Below are positions 13,001-25,300 of a DNA stretch of 64,000 bases, in pieces. The first letter of the stretch is position 1. Each line of letters begins with the position of its first letter. Both the position numbers and the translations under genes were made by a program. The notes below the pieces were generated by a model, which searched no databases, was not told where the DNA came from, and saw only the letters and a list, made by a program, of their open reading frames with translations. The DNA comes from Mayamaea pseudoterrestris (lineage: Eukaryota), in assembly GCA_027923505.1 (NCBI GenBank), contig BROI01000030.1, positions 186,001 through 250,000 on the forward strand. The letters run 5' to 3'.

Positions 13001-16000
13001 CAGAGGGATGGCAATGATATTGGTGACAACTTGTCACCAGTGTCTCAGCCTGCAGAGCCGTGACATTCAAACGCCCCTACAGGCCATATAACCCAAATGA
13101 CACCAGAATGGTGCCAACATCATCATGCCCGCAAGATGGTATGCTGGAAGGGGACGGCAATGATATTGGTGACAACTTGTCACCAGTCTCAGCCTGCAGA
13201 TGCCGTGACATTCAAACGCCCTTACAGCAGGCTCTGTATACACCCAAATGACACCAGAATGGTGCCAACATCATTATTCAGGCTGCGCAACAAGATGGTA
13301 TGCCTGGCTAGTGTCTCAGGGGACGGCAATGATATTGGTGACAACTTGTCACCAGTCTCAGCCTGCAGATGCCGTGACATTCAAACGCCTCTACAGCAGG
13401 CCCTGTAGTAAATCACCAGAATGTTGCCAACATCATTATTCAGGCTGCGCTACAAGATGGTATGCCTGGCTAGTGTCTCAGGGGAACTATGATATTGGTG
13501 ACAACTTGTCACCAGTCTCAGCCTGCAGATGCCGTGACATTCAAATGCCCCTACAGCAGGCCATGTATACACCCAAATGACACCAGAATGGTGCCAACAT
13601 CATTATTCAGGTTGCGCTACAAGATGGTATGCCTGGCTAGTGTCTCAGGGGACGGTAATGATATTGGTGACAACTTGTCACCAGTCTCAGCCTGCAGATG
13701 CCGTGACATTCAAACGCCCTTTACAGCAGGCCATGTATACACCCAAATGACACCAGAATGGTGCCAACATCATTATTCAGGCTGCGCAACAAGATGGTAT
13801 GCCTGGCTAGTGTCTCAGGGGACGGCAATGATATTGGTGACAACTTGTCACCAGTCTCAGCCTGCAGATGCCGTGACATTCAAACGCCCCTACAGCAGGC
13901 CATGTATACCCCAAATGACACCAGAATGGTGCCAACATCATTATTCAGGCTGCGCTACAGATGGTATGCCTGGCTAGTGTCTCAGGGGACGGCAATGATA
14001 TTGGTGACAACTTGTCACCAGTCTCAGCCTGCAGATGCCGTGACATTCAAACGCCCTCAGCAGGCCCTGTATACCCAAATGACACCAGAATGGTGCCAAC
14101 ATCATTATTCAGGCTGCGCTACAAGATGGTATGCCTGGCTAGTGTCTCAGGGGACGGCAATGATATTGGTGACAACTTGTCACCAGTCTCAGCCTGCAGA
14201 TGCCGTGACATTCAAACGCCCCTACAGCAGGACATGTATACAAAATGACACCAGAATGGTGCCAACATCATTATTCAGGCTGCGCTACAAGATGGTATGC
14301 CTGGCTAGTGTCTCAGGGGACGGCAATGATATTGGTGACAACTTGTCACCAGTCTCAGCCTGCAGATGCCGTGACATTCAAACGCCCTTACAGCAGGCCA
14401 TGTATACACCAAAATGACACCAGAATGGTGCCAACATCATTATTCAGGCTGCGCAACAAGATGGTATGCCTGGCTAGTGTCTCAGGGGACGGCAATGATA
14501 TTGGTGACAACTTGTCACCAGTCTCAGCCTGCAGATGCCGTGACATTCAAACGCCCCTACAGCAGGCCCTGTAGGTGCCCAAAATACACCAGAATATTAC
14601 CAACATCATTATTCAGGCTGCGCTACAAGATGGTATGCCTGGCTAGTGTCTCAGGGGACGGTAATGATATTGGTGACATCTTGTCACCAGTCTCAGCCTG
14701 CAGATGCCGTGACATTCAAACGCCCTTTACAGCAGGCCATGTATACACAAATGACACCAGAATGGTGCCAATATCATTATTCAGGCTGCTACAAGGGTAT
14801 GCCTGGCTAGTGTCTCAGGACGGCAATGATATTGGTGACAACTGTCACCAGTCTCAGCCTGCAGATGCGTGACATTCAAACGCCCCTACAGCAGGCCATG
14901 TATACACCCAAATGACACCAGAATGGTGCCAACATCATTATTCAGGCTGCGCAACAAGATGGTATGCCTGGCTAGTGTCTCAGGGGACGGCAATGATATT
15001 GATGACAACTTGTCACCAGTCTCAGTCTGCAGATGCCGTGACATTCAAACGCCCCTACAGCAGGCCATGTATTCACCCAAATGACACCAGAATGGTGCCA
15101 ACATCATTATTCAGGCTGCGCTACAAGATGGTACGCCTGGCTAGTGTCTCAGGGGACGGCAATGATATTGGTGACAACTTGTCACCAGTCTCAGCCTGCA
15201 GATGCCGTGACATTCAAACGCCCTACAGCAAGGGTGCCACCAAATGACACCAGAATGGTGCCAACATCATTATTCAGGCTGAGCAACAAGATGGTATGCC
15301 TGGCTAGTGTCTCAGGGGGACTGGCAATGATATTGGTGACAACTTGTCACCAGTCTCAGCCTGCAGATGCCGTGACATTCAAACGCCCCTACAGCAGGCC
15401 ATGTATACACCCAAATGACACCAGAATGGTGCCAACATCATTATTCAGGCTGCGCTACAAGATGGTATGCCTGGCTAGTGTCTCAGGGGATGGTAATGAT
15501 ATTGGTGACAACTTGTCACCAGTCTCAGCCTGCAGATGCCGTGACATTCAAATGCCCCTACAGCAGGCTATGTATCATGACACTGGAATGGTGGCAACAT
15601 CATTATTCAGGCAAAAGATGGTAAAGTATGCGGAGTTAGCCTGGTTCATATAGCAGGCCATGTATACCCAAATGACACCAGAATGGTGCCAACATCATTA
15701 TTCAGGCTGCGCTACAAGATGGTATGCCTGGCTAGTGTCTCAGGGGACAGCAATGATATTGGTGACAACTTGTCACCAGTCTCAGCCTGCAGATGCCGTG
15801 ACATTCAAACGCCCCTACAGCAGGCTATGTATACACCCAAATGACACCAGAATGGTGCCAACATCATTATTCAGGTGCGCTACAAGATGTATGCCGCTAG
15901 TGTCTCAGGGGAGCAATGATATTGGTGACAACTTGTCACCAGTCTCAGCCTGCAGATGCCGGGACATTCAAACGCCCTACAGCAGGCATGTATACACCCA

Positions 16001-17373
16001 AATGACACCAGAATTGTGCCAACATCATTATTCAGGCTGCGCTACAAGATGGTATGCGTGGCTAGTGTCTCGGGGATGGTATGATATTGGTGACAACTTG
16101 TCACCACTCAGCCCGCAGATGCCATGACATTCAAACGCCCCTACAGTAAGCCCTGTAGGTGCCCAAAATACACCAGAATGGTGCCAACATCATTATTCAG
16201 GCTGCGCTACAAGATGGTATACCTGGCTAGTGTCTCAGGGGATGGCAATGATATTGGTGACAACTTGTCACCAGTCTCAGCCTGCAGATGCCGTGACATT
16301 CAAACGCCCCTACAGCAGGCCCTGTAAAGCCCAAAATACACCAGAATATTGCCAACATCATTGCCGGCCTGGTCTAGGTCTCAGGGCCCACAAGAATTGG
16401 TCAACCCGTCTAGTGTCCAGATGCGTGATATTCAACTCGCCAGTCCAAACACTACAAGTGGAGGCGTGATCTCCCCAGATGCCGTGACATTCAAACGCAC
16501 CTACAGCAAGCCCTGTAGGTGCCCAAAATACACCAGAATGGTGCCAACATCATTATTCAGGCTGCGCTACAAGATGGTATGCCTGGCTAGTGTCTCAGGG
16601 GATAGCAATGATATTGGTGACAACTTGTCACCAGTCTCAGCCTGCAGATGCCGTGACATTCAAACGCCCTTACAGCAGGCCATGTATATACCCAAATGAC
16701 ACCAGAATGGTGCCAACATCATTTTTTTAGGCTGCGCTACAAGCTGGTATGCGTGGCTAGTGTCTAAGGGGACGGCAATGATATTGGTGACAACTTGTCA
16801 CCAGTCTCAGCCTGCAGATGCCATGACAATCAAACGCCCCTACAGCAGGCCATGTATACACCCAAATGACACCAGAATTGTGCCAACATCATTATCCAGG
16901 CTGCGCAACAAGATGGTATACCTGGCTAGTGTCCCAGGGGATGGCAATGATATTGGTGACAACTTGTCACCAGTCTCAGCCTGCAGATGCCGTGGCATTC
17001 AAACGCCCCTACAGCAGGCCATGTGTATACCCAAATGTCACCAGAAAATTGCCAACATCATTATTCAAGCTGCGCTAGAAGATGGTATGCCTGGCTAGTG
17101 TCTCAGGGGACAGCAATGACATTGGTGACAACTTGTCACCAGTCTCAGCCCGCAGATGACGTGACATTCAAACGCCCCTACAGGAAGCCCTGTAGGTGCC
17201 CAAAATACACCCGAATGGTGCCACCATTATTATTGTGGCTGCGCTACAAGTTGGTTTGCTTGACTGGTGTCTCAGGGCATGGCAATGTATTTGGTGACAA
17301 CTTGTCACCAGTCTCAGCCCGCAGATGTCGTGACATTAAACGCACCTACAGCAAGCCCTGTAGGTGCCCAAAT
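10065..17373 (+). repeat. Satellite A (169-bp monomer), subfamily A1, first block; indel-rich at its left end
   Basis: Tandem copies of ...aagatggtatgcctggctagtgtctcaggggacggcaatgatattggtgacaacttgtcaccagtctcagcctgcagatgccgtgacattcaaacgcccctacagcaggccatgtatacacccaaatgacaccagaatggtgccaacatcattattcaggctgcgctac... Confidence 0.97.
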
Positions 17374-19368
17374 CCAAATTATGGAATCATACCACTACAA
17401 TGCCCCATGCCCTGGCCACCCAACAACCCAATGAGTCAGGCAAAACATGTCCAGGGTGTGCCATGGACATGAGGATGGGCTGACATGGTGCAAAACGGAC
17501 TGCCTGGAGGCCTACACCATCTGCAAAATGGGTGTGGCCAACACCCCAAATTATGGACTCATACCACTACAATGCCCCATGCCCTGGCCACCCAACAACC
17601 CAATGAGTCAGGCAAAACATGTCCAGGGTGTGCCATGGACATGAGGATGGTCTGACATGGTACAAAACGGACTGCCTGGAGACCTACAGCATGGAATGGT
17701 CTACAAGATGGGTGCGGCCAACACCGCAAATTATGGAATCATACCACTACAATGCCCCGTCCCTTGATCACCCAACAACCCAATGAGTCATGCAAAACAT
17801 GTCCAGGGTGTGCCATTGACATGAGGATGGTCTGACATGGTACAAAACGGACTGCCTGGAGGCCTACAGCATGGAATGGTCTACAAGATGGGTGTGGCCA
17901 ACACCCCAAAATATGGAATCATACCACTACAATGCCCCATCCCCTGATCACCCAACAACCCAATGAGTCATGCAAAACATGTCCAGGGTGTGCCATTGAC
18001 ATGAGGATGGTCTGACATGGTACAAAACGGACTGCCTAGAGGCCTACAGCATGGAATGGTCTACAAGATGGGTGTGGCCAACACCCCAAATTATGGAATC
18101 ATACCACTACAATGCCCCATGCCCTGGCCACCCAACAACCCAATGAGTCATGCAAAACATGTCCAGGGTGTGCCATTGACATGAGGATGGGCTGAAATGG
18201 TGCAAAATGGACTGCCTGGATGCCTACACCATCTGCAAAATGGGTGTGGCCAACACCGCAAATTATGGAATCATACCACTACAATGCCCCATGCCCTGGC
18301 CACCCAACAACCCAATGTGTCAGGCAAAACATGTCCAGGGTGTGCCGTTGACATGAGGATGGGCTGAAATGGTGCAAAACGGACTGCCTGGAGGCCTACA
18401 CCATCTGCAAAATGGGTGTGGCCAACACCCCAAATTATGGAATCATACCACTACAATGCCCCATCCCCTGATCACCCAACAACCCAACGAGTCATGCAAA
18501 ACATGTCCAGGGTGTGCCAATGACATGAGGATGGTCTGACATGGTACAAAACGGACTGCCTGGAGGCCTACAGCATGGAATGGTCTACAAGATGGGTGTG
18601 GCCAACACCCCAAATTATGGAATCATACCACTACAATGCCCCATGCCCTGGCCACCCAACAACCCAATGAGTCAGGCAAAACATGTCCAGGGTGTGCCAC
18701 TGACAGGAGGATGGGCTGAAATGGTGCAAAACGGACTGGAAGGCCTACACCATCTGCAAAACGGGTGTGGCCAACACCCCAAATTATGGAATCATACCAC
18801 TACAATGCCCCGTTCCCTGATCACCCAACAACCCAATGAGTCATGCAAAACATGTCCAGGGTGTGCCACTGACACGAGGATGGTCTGACATGGTACAAAA
18901 CGGACTGCCTGGTGGCCTACAGCATGGAATGGTCTACAAGATGGGTGTGGCCAACACCCCAAATTATGGAATCATACCACTACAATGCCCCATGCTCTGG
19001 CCACCCAACAACCCAATGAGTCAGGCAAAACATGTCCAGGGTGTGCCATTGACATGAGGATGGGCTGAAATGGTGCAAAACGGACTGCCTGGAGGCCTAC
19101 AGCATGGAATGGTCTACAAGATGGGTATGGCCAACACCCCAAATTATGGAATCATACCACTACAATGCCCCATGCCCTGGCCACCCAACAACCCAATGAG
19201 TCAGGCAAAACATGTCCAGGGTGTGCCATTGACATGAGGATGGGCTGAAATGGTGCAAAACGGACTGCCTGCAAGGCCTACACCATCTGCAAAACGGGTG
19301 TGGCCAACACCCCAAATTAAGGAATCATACCACTACAATGTCCCGTCCCCTGATCACCCAACAACCCA
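17374..19368 (+). repeat. Satellite B block (~11 monomers of mainly 172 and 180 bp)
   Basis: The atgaggatgg motif or a one-base variant recurs at 17469, 17641, 17821, 18001, 18181, 18353, 18525, 18705, 18874, 19054 and 19234. Confidence 0.95.
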
Positions 19369-19385
19369 CTAACCCTAACCCTAAC
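19369..19385 (-). repeat. Interstitial telomeric repeat CTAACCCTAACCCTAAC (TTAGGG on - strand)
   Basis: Read directly at the SatB/SatA junction. Confidence 0.85.
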
Positions 19386-22300
19386 TAGGCCATGTATATA
19401 CCCAAATGACACCAGAATGGTGCTAACATCATTATTCAGGCTGCGCTACAAGATGGTAGGCTAGGCTGGTGTCTCAGGGCATGGCAATGTATTTGGTGAC
19501 AACTTGTCACCAGTCTCAGCCCGCAGATGACGTGACATTCAAACGCCCCTACAGGAAGCCCTGTAGGTGCCCAAAATACACCCGAATGGTGCCACCATTA
19601 TTATTGTGGCTGCGCTACAAGTTGGTTTGCTTGACTGGTGTCTCAGGGCATGGCAATGTATTTGGTGACAACTTGTCACCAGTCTCAGCCCGCAGATGTC
19701 GTGACATTAAACGCACCTACAGCAAGCCCTGTAGGTGCCCAAATTACACCAGACTGGTGCCAACATTATTATTCAAGCTGCGCTACAAGATGGTAGGCTT
19801 GGCTGGTGTCTCAGGAGACGGCAATGATATTGGTGACAACTTGTCACCAGTCTCAGCCTGCAGATGCCGTGACATTCAAACGCCCCTACAGCAGGCATTT
19901 AATACACCCAAATGACATCAGAATGGTGCCAACATCATTATTCAGGCTGCTCAACAAGATGGTATGCCTGGCTAGTGTCTCAGGGGACGGTAATAATATT
20001 GGTGACAACTTGTCACCAGTGTCAGCCTACAGATGCCGTGACATTCAAACGCCCTTACAGCAGGCCATGTATACACCCAAATGACACCAGAATGGTGCCA
20101 ACATCATTATTCAGGCTGAGCAACACGATGGTATGCCTGGCTAGTGTCTCAGGGGACGGCAATGATATTGGTGACAACTTGTCACCAGTCTCAGCCTGCA
20201 GATGCCGTGACATTCAAACGCCCCTACAGCAGGCCCTGTAGGTGCCCAAAATACACCAGAATATTGCCAACATCATTATTCAGGCTGCGCTACAAGATGG
20301 TATGCCTGGCTAGTGTCTCAGGGGACGGTAATGATATTGGTGACAACTTGTCACCAGTCTCAGCCTGCAGATGCCGTGACATTCAAACGCCCCTACAGCA
20401 GGCCATGTATACAACCAAATGACACCAGAATGGTGCCAACATCATTACTCAGGCTGCACAACAAGATGGTATGCCTGGCTAGTGTCTCAGGGGACGGCAA
20501 TGATATTGGTGACAACTTGTCACCAGTCTCAGTCTGCAGATGCCGTGACATTCAAACGCCCCTACAGCAGGCCATGTATACACCCAAATGACACCAGAAT
20601 GGTGCCAACATCATTATTCAGGCTGCGCAACAAGATGGTATGCCTGGCTAGTGTCTCAGGGGACGGCAATGATATTGGTGACAACTTGTCACCAGTCTCA
20701 GCCTGCAAATGCCGTGACATTCAAACGCCCTTACAGCAGGCCATGTATACACCCAAATGACACCAGAATGGTGCCAACATCATTATTCAGGCTGAGCAAC
20801 AAGATGGTATGCCTGGCTAGTGTCTCAGGGGACGGCAATGATATTGGTGACAACTTGTCACCAGTCTCAGCCTGCAGATGCCGTGACATTCAAACGCCCC
20901 TACAGCAGGCCCTGTAGGTGCCCAAAATACACCAGAATATTGCCAACATCATTATTCAGGCTGCGCTACAAGATGGTATGCCTGGCTAGTGTCTCAGGGG
21001 ACGGTAATGATATTGGTGACAACTTGTCACCAGTCTCAGCCTGCAGATGCCGTGACATTCAAATGCCCCTACAGCAGGCTATGTATACACCCAATTGACA
21101 CTGGAATGGTGGCAACATCATTATTCAGGCTGCGCTACAAGATGGTATGCCTAGCTATTGTCTCAGGGGACAGCAATGATATTGGTGACAACTTGTCACC
21201 AGTCTCAGCCCGGGGATGCTGTGACATTCAAACGCCCCTACAGCAGGCCATGAATATACCCAAATGACACCAGATTGGTGCCATCATCATTATTCAGGCT
21301 GCGCTACAAGATGGTATGCCTGGCTAGTGTCTCAGGGGACAGCAATGACATTGGTGACAACTTGTCACCAGTCTCAGCCTTCAGATGCCGTGACATTCAA
21401 ACGCCTTTACAGCAGGCCATGAATATACCCAAATGACACCAGAATGGTGCCAACATCATTATGCAGGCTGCGCTACAAGATGGTATACCTGGCTAGTGTC
21501 TCAGGGGATGGCAATGATATTGGTGACAACTTGTCACCAGTCTCAGCCTGCAGATGCCATGACATTCAAACGCCCCTACAGCAGGCCATGTATATACCCA
21601 AATGTCACCAGAATATTGCCAATATCATTATTCAAGCTGCCCTACAAGATGGTATGCCTGGCTAGTGTCTCAGGGGACAGCAATGATACTGGTGACAACT
21701 TGTCAACAGTCTCAGCCCGCAGATGCCGTGACATTCAAACGCCCCTACAGCAAGCCCTGTAGGTGCCCAAAATACACCAGAATGGTGCCAACATCATTAT
21801 TCAGGCTGCGCTACAAGATGGTATGCCTGGCTAGTGTCTCAGGGGACGGCAATGATATTGGTGACAACTTGTCACCAGTCTCAGCCTGCAGATGCCGTGA
21901 CATTCAAACGCCCTTACAGCAGGCCATGTATACACCCAAATGACACCAGAATGGTGCCAACATCATTATTCAGGCTGCGCAACAAGATGGTATGCCTGGC
22001 TAGTGTCTCAGGGGACGGCAATGATATTGGTGACAACTTGTCACCAGTCTCAGCCTGCAGATGCCATGACATTCAAACGCCCCTACAGCAGGCCATGTAT
22101 ACACCCAAATGACACCAGAATTGTGCCAACATCATTATCCAGGCTGCGCAACAAGATGGTATACCTGGCTAGTGTCCCAGGGGATGGCAATGATATTGGT
22201 GACAACTTGTCACCAGTCTCAGCCTGCAGATGCCGTGGCATTCAAACGCCCCTACAGCAGGCCATGTGTATACCCAAATGTCACCAGAAAATTGCCAACA

Positions 22301-25300
22301 TCATTATTCAAGCTGCGCTACAAGATGGTATGCCTGGCTAGTGTCTCAGGGGACAGCAATGACATTGGTGACAACTTGTCACCAGTCTCAGCCTTCAGAT
22401 GCCGTGACATTCAAACGCCTTTACAGCAGGCCATGAATATACCCAAATGACACCAGAATGGTGCCAACATCATTATTCAGGCTGCGCTACAAGCTGGTAT
22501 GCCTGGCTCGTGTCTCAGGGGACGGCAATGATATTGATGACAACTTGTCACCAGTCTCAGCCCGCAGATGCCGTGACATTCAAACGCCCCTACATCAGGC
22601 CCTGTAGGTGCCCAAAATACACCAGAATGGTGCCATCATCATTATTCAGGCTGCGCTACAAGATGGTATGCCTGGCTAGTGTCTCAGGGGACAGCAATGA
22701 CATTGGTGACAACTTGTCACCAGTCTCAGCCTTCAGATGCCGTGACATTCAAACGCCTTTACAGCAGGCCATGAATATACCCAAATGACACCAGAATGGT
22801 GCCAACATCATTATTCAGGCTGCGCTACAAGCTGGTATGCGTGGCTAGTGTTTAAGGGGACGGCAATGATATTGGTGACAACTTGTCACCAGTCTCAGCC
22901 TGCAGATGCCATGACAATCAAACGCCCCTACAGCAGGCCATGTATACACCCAAATGACACCAGAATTGTGCCAACATCATTATCCAGGCTGCGCAACAAG
23001 ATGGTATACCTGGCTAGTGTCCCAGGGGATGGCAATGATATTGGTGACAACTTGTCACCAGTCTCAGCCTGCAGATGCCGTGGCATTCAAACGCCCCTAC
23101 AGCAGGCCATGTGTATACCCAAATGTCACCAGAAAATTGCCAACATCATTATTCAAGCTGCGCTACAAGATGGTATGCCTGGCTAGTGTCTCAGGGGACA
23201 GCAATGACATTGGTGACAACTTGTCACCAGTCTCAGCCCGCAGATGACGTGACATTCAAACGCCCCTACAGGAAGCCCTGTAGGTGCCCAAAATACACCC
23301 GAATGGTGCCACCATTATTATTGTGGCTGCGCTACAAGTTGGTTTGCTTGACTGGTGTCTCAGGGGACGGCAATGATATTGGTGACAACTTGTCACCAGT
23401 CTCAGCCTGCAGATGCCGTGACATTAAACGCACCTACAGCAAGCCCTGTAGGTGCCCAAATTACACCAGACTGGTGCCAACGTTATTATTCAAGCTGCGC
23501 TACAAGATGGTAGGCTTGGCTGGTGTCTCAGGAGACGGCAATGATATTGGTGACAACTTGTCACCAGTCTCAGCCTGCAGATGCCGTGACATTCAAACGC
23601 CCCTACAGCAGGCATTTAATACACCCAAATGACATCAGAATGGTGCCAACATCATTATTCAGGCTGCGCTACAAGATGGTATGCCTGGCTAGTGTCTCAG
23701 GGGACGGTAATGATATTGGTGACAACTTGTCACCAGTGTCAGCCTGCAGATGCCGTGACATTCAAACGCCCTTACAGCAGGCCATGTATACACCCAAATG
23801 ACACCAGAATGGTGCCAACATCATTATTCAGGCTGCGCAACAAGATGGTATGCCTGGCTAGTGTCTCAGGGGACGGCAATGATATTGGTGACAACTTGTC
23901 ACCAGTCTCAGCCTGCAGATGCCGTGACATTCAAACGGCCCTTACAGCAGGCCCTGTAGGTGCCCAAAATACACCAGAATATTGCCAACATCATTATTCA
24001 GGCTGCGCTACAAGATGGTATGCCTGGCTAGTGTCTCAGGGGACGGCAATGATATTGGTGACAACTTGTCACCAGTCTCAGCCTGCAGATGCCGTGACAT
24101 ACAAACGCCCCTACAGCAGGCCATGTATACAACCAAATGACACCAGAATGGTGCCAACATCATTACTCAGGCTGCACAACAAGATGGTATGCCTGGCTAG
24201 TGTCTCAGGGGACGGCAATGATATTGGTGACAACTTGTCACCAGTCTCAGCCTGCAGATGCCGTGACATTCAAACGCCCCTACATCAGGCCATGTATACA
24301 CCCAAATGACACCAGAATGGTGCCAACATCATTATTCAGGCTGCGCTACAAGATGGTATGCCTGGCTAGTGTCTCAGGGGACGGCAATGATATTGGTGAC
24401 AACTTGTCACCAGTCTCAGCCTGCAGATGCCGTGACATTCAAACGCCCCTACAGCAGGCCATGTATACACCCAAATGACACCAGAATGGTGCCAACATCA
24501 TTATTCAGGCTGCGCTACAAGATGGTATGCCTGGCTAGTGTCTCAGGGGATGGCAATGATATTGGTGACAACTTGTCACCAGTCTCAGCCTGCAGATGCC
24601 GTGACATTCAAACGCCCCTACAGCAGGCCCTGTAGGTGCCCAAAATACACCAGAATATTGCCAACATCATTATTCAGGCTGCGCTACAAGATGGTATGCC
24701 TGGCTAGTGTCTCAGGGGACGGTAATGATATTGGTGACAACTTGTCACCAGTCTCAGCCTGCAGATGCCGTGACATTCAAACGCCCCTACAGCAGGCCAT
24801 GTATACACCCAATTGACACTGGAATGGTGGCAACATCATTATTCAGGCTGCGCTACAAGATGGTATGCCTGGCTAGTGTCTCAGGGGACAGCAATGATAT
24901 TGGTGACAACTTGTCACCAGTCTCAGCCCGCAGATGCCGTGACATTCAAACGCCCCTACAGCAGGCCATGTAGTGTCCAAAATGACACCAGAATGGTGCC
25001 AACATCATTATTCAGGCTGCGCTACAAGATGGTATGCCTGGCTAGTGTCTCAGGGGACGGTAATGACATTGGTGACAACTTGTCACCAGTCTCAGCCTTC
25101 AGATGCCGTGACATTCAAACGCCTACCAGCAGTCAGCCCTGTATGCCCAAAATGACACCAGAATGGTGCCAACATCATTATTCAGGCTGCGCTACAAGAT
25201 GATATGCCTGGCTAGTGTCTCAGGGGATGGCAATGATATTGGTGACAACTTGTCACCAGTCTCAGCCTGCAGATGCCGTGACATTCAAACGCCTTTACAG

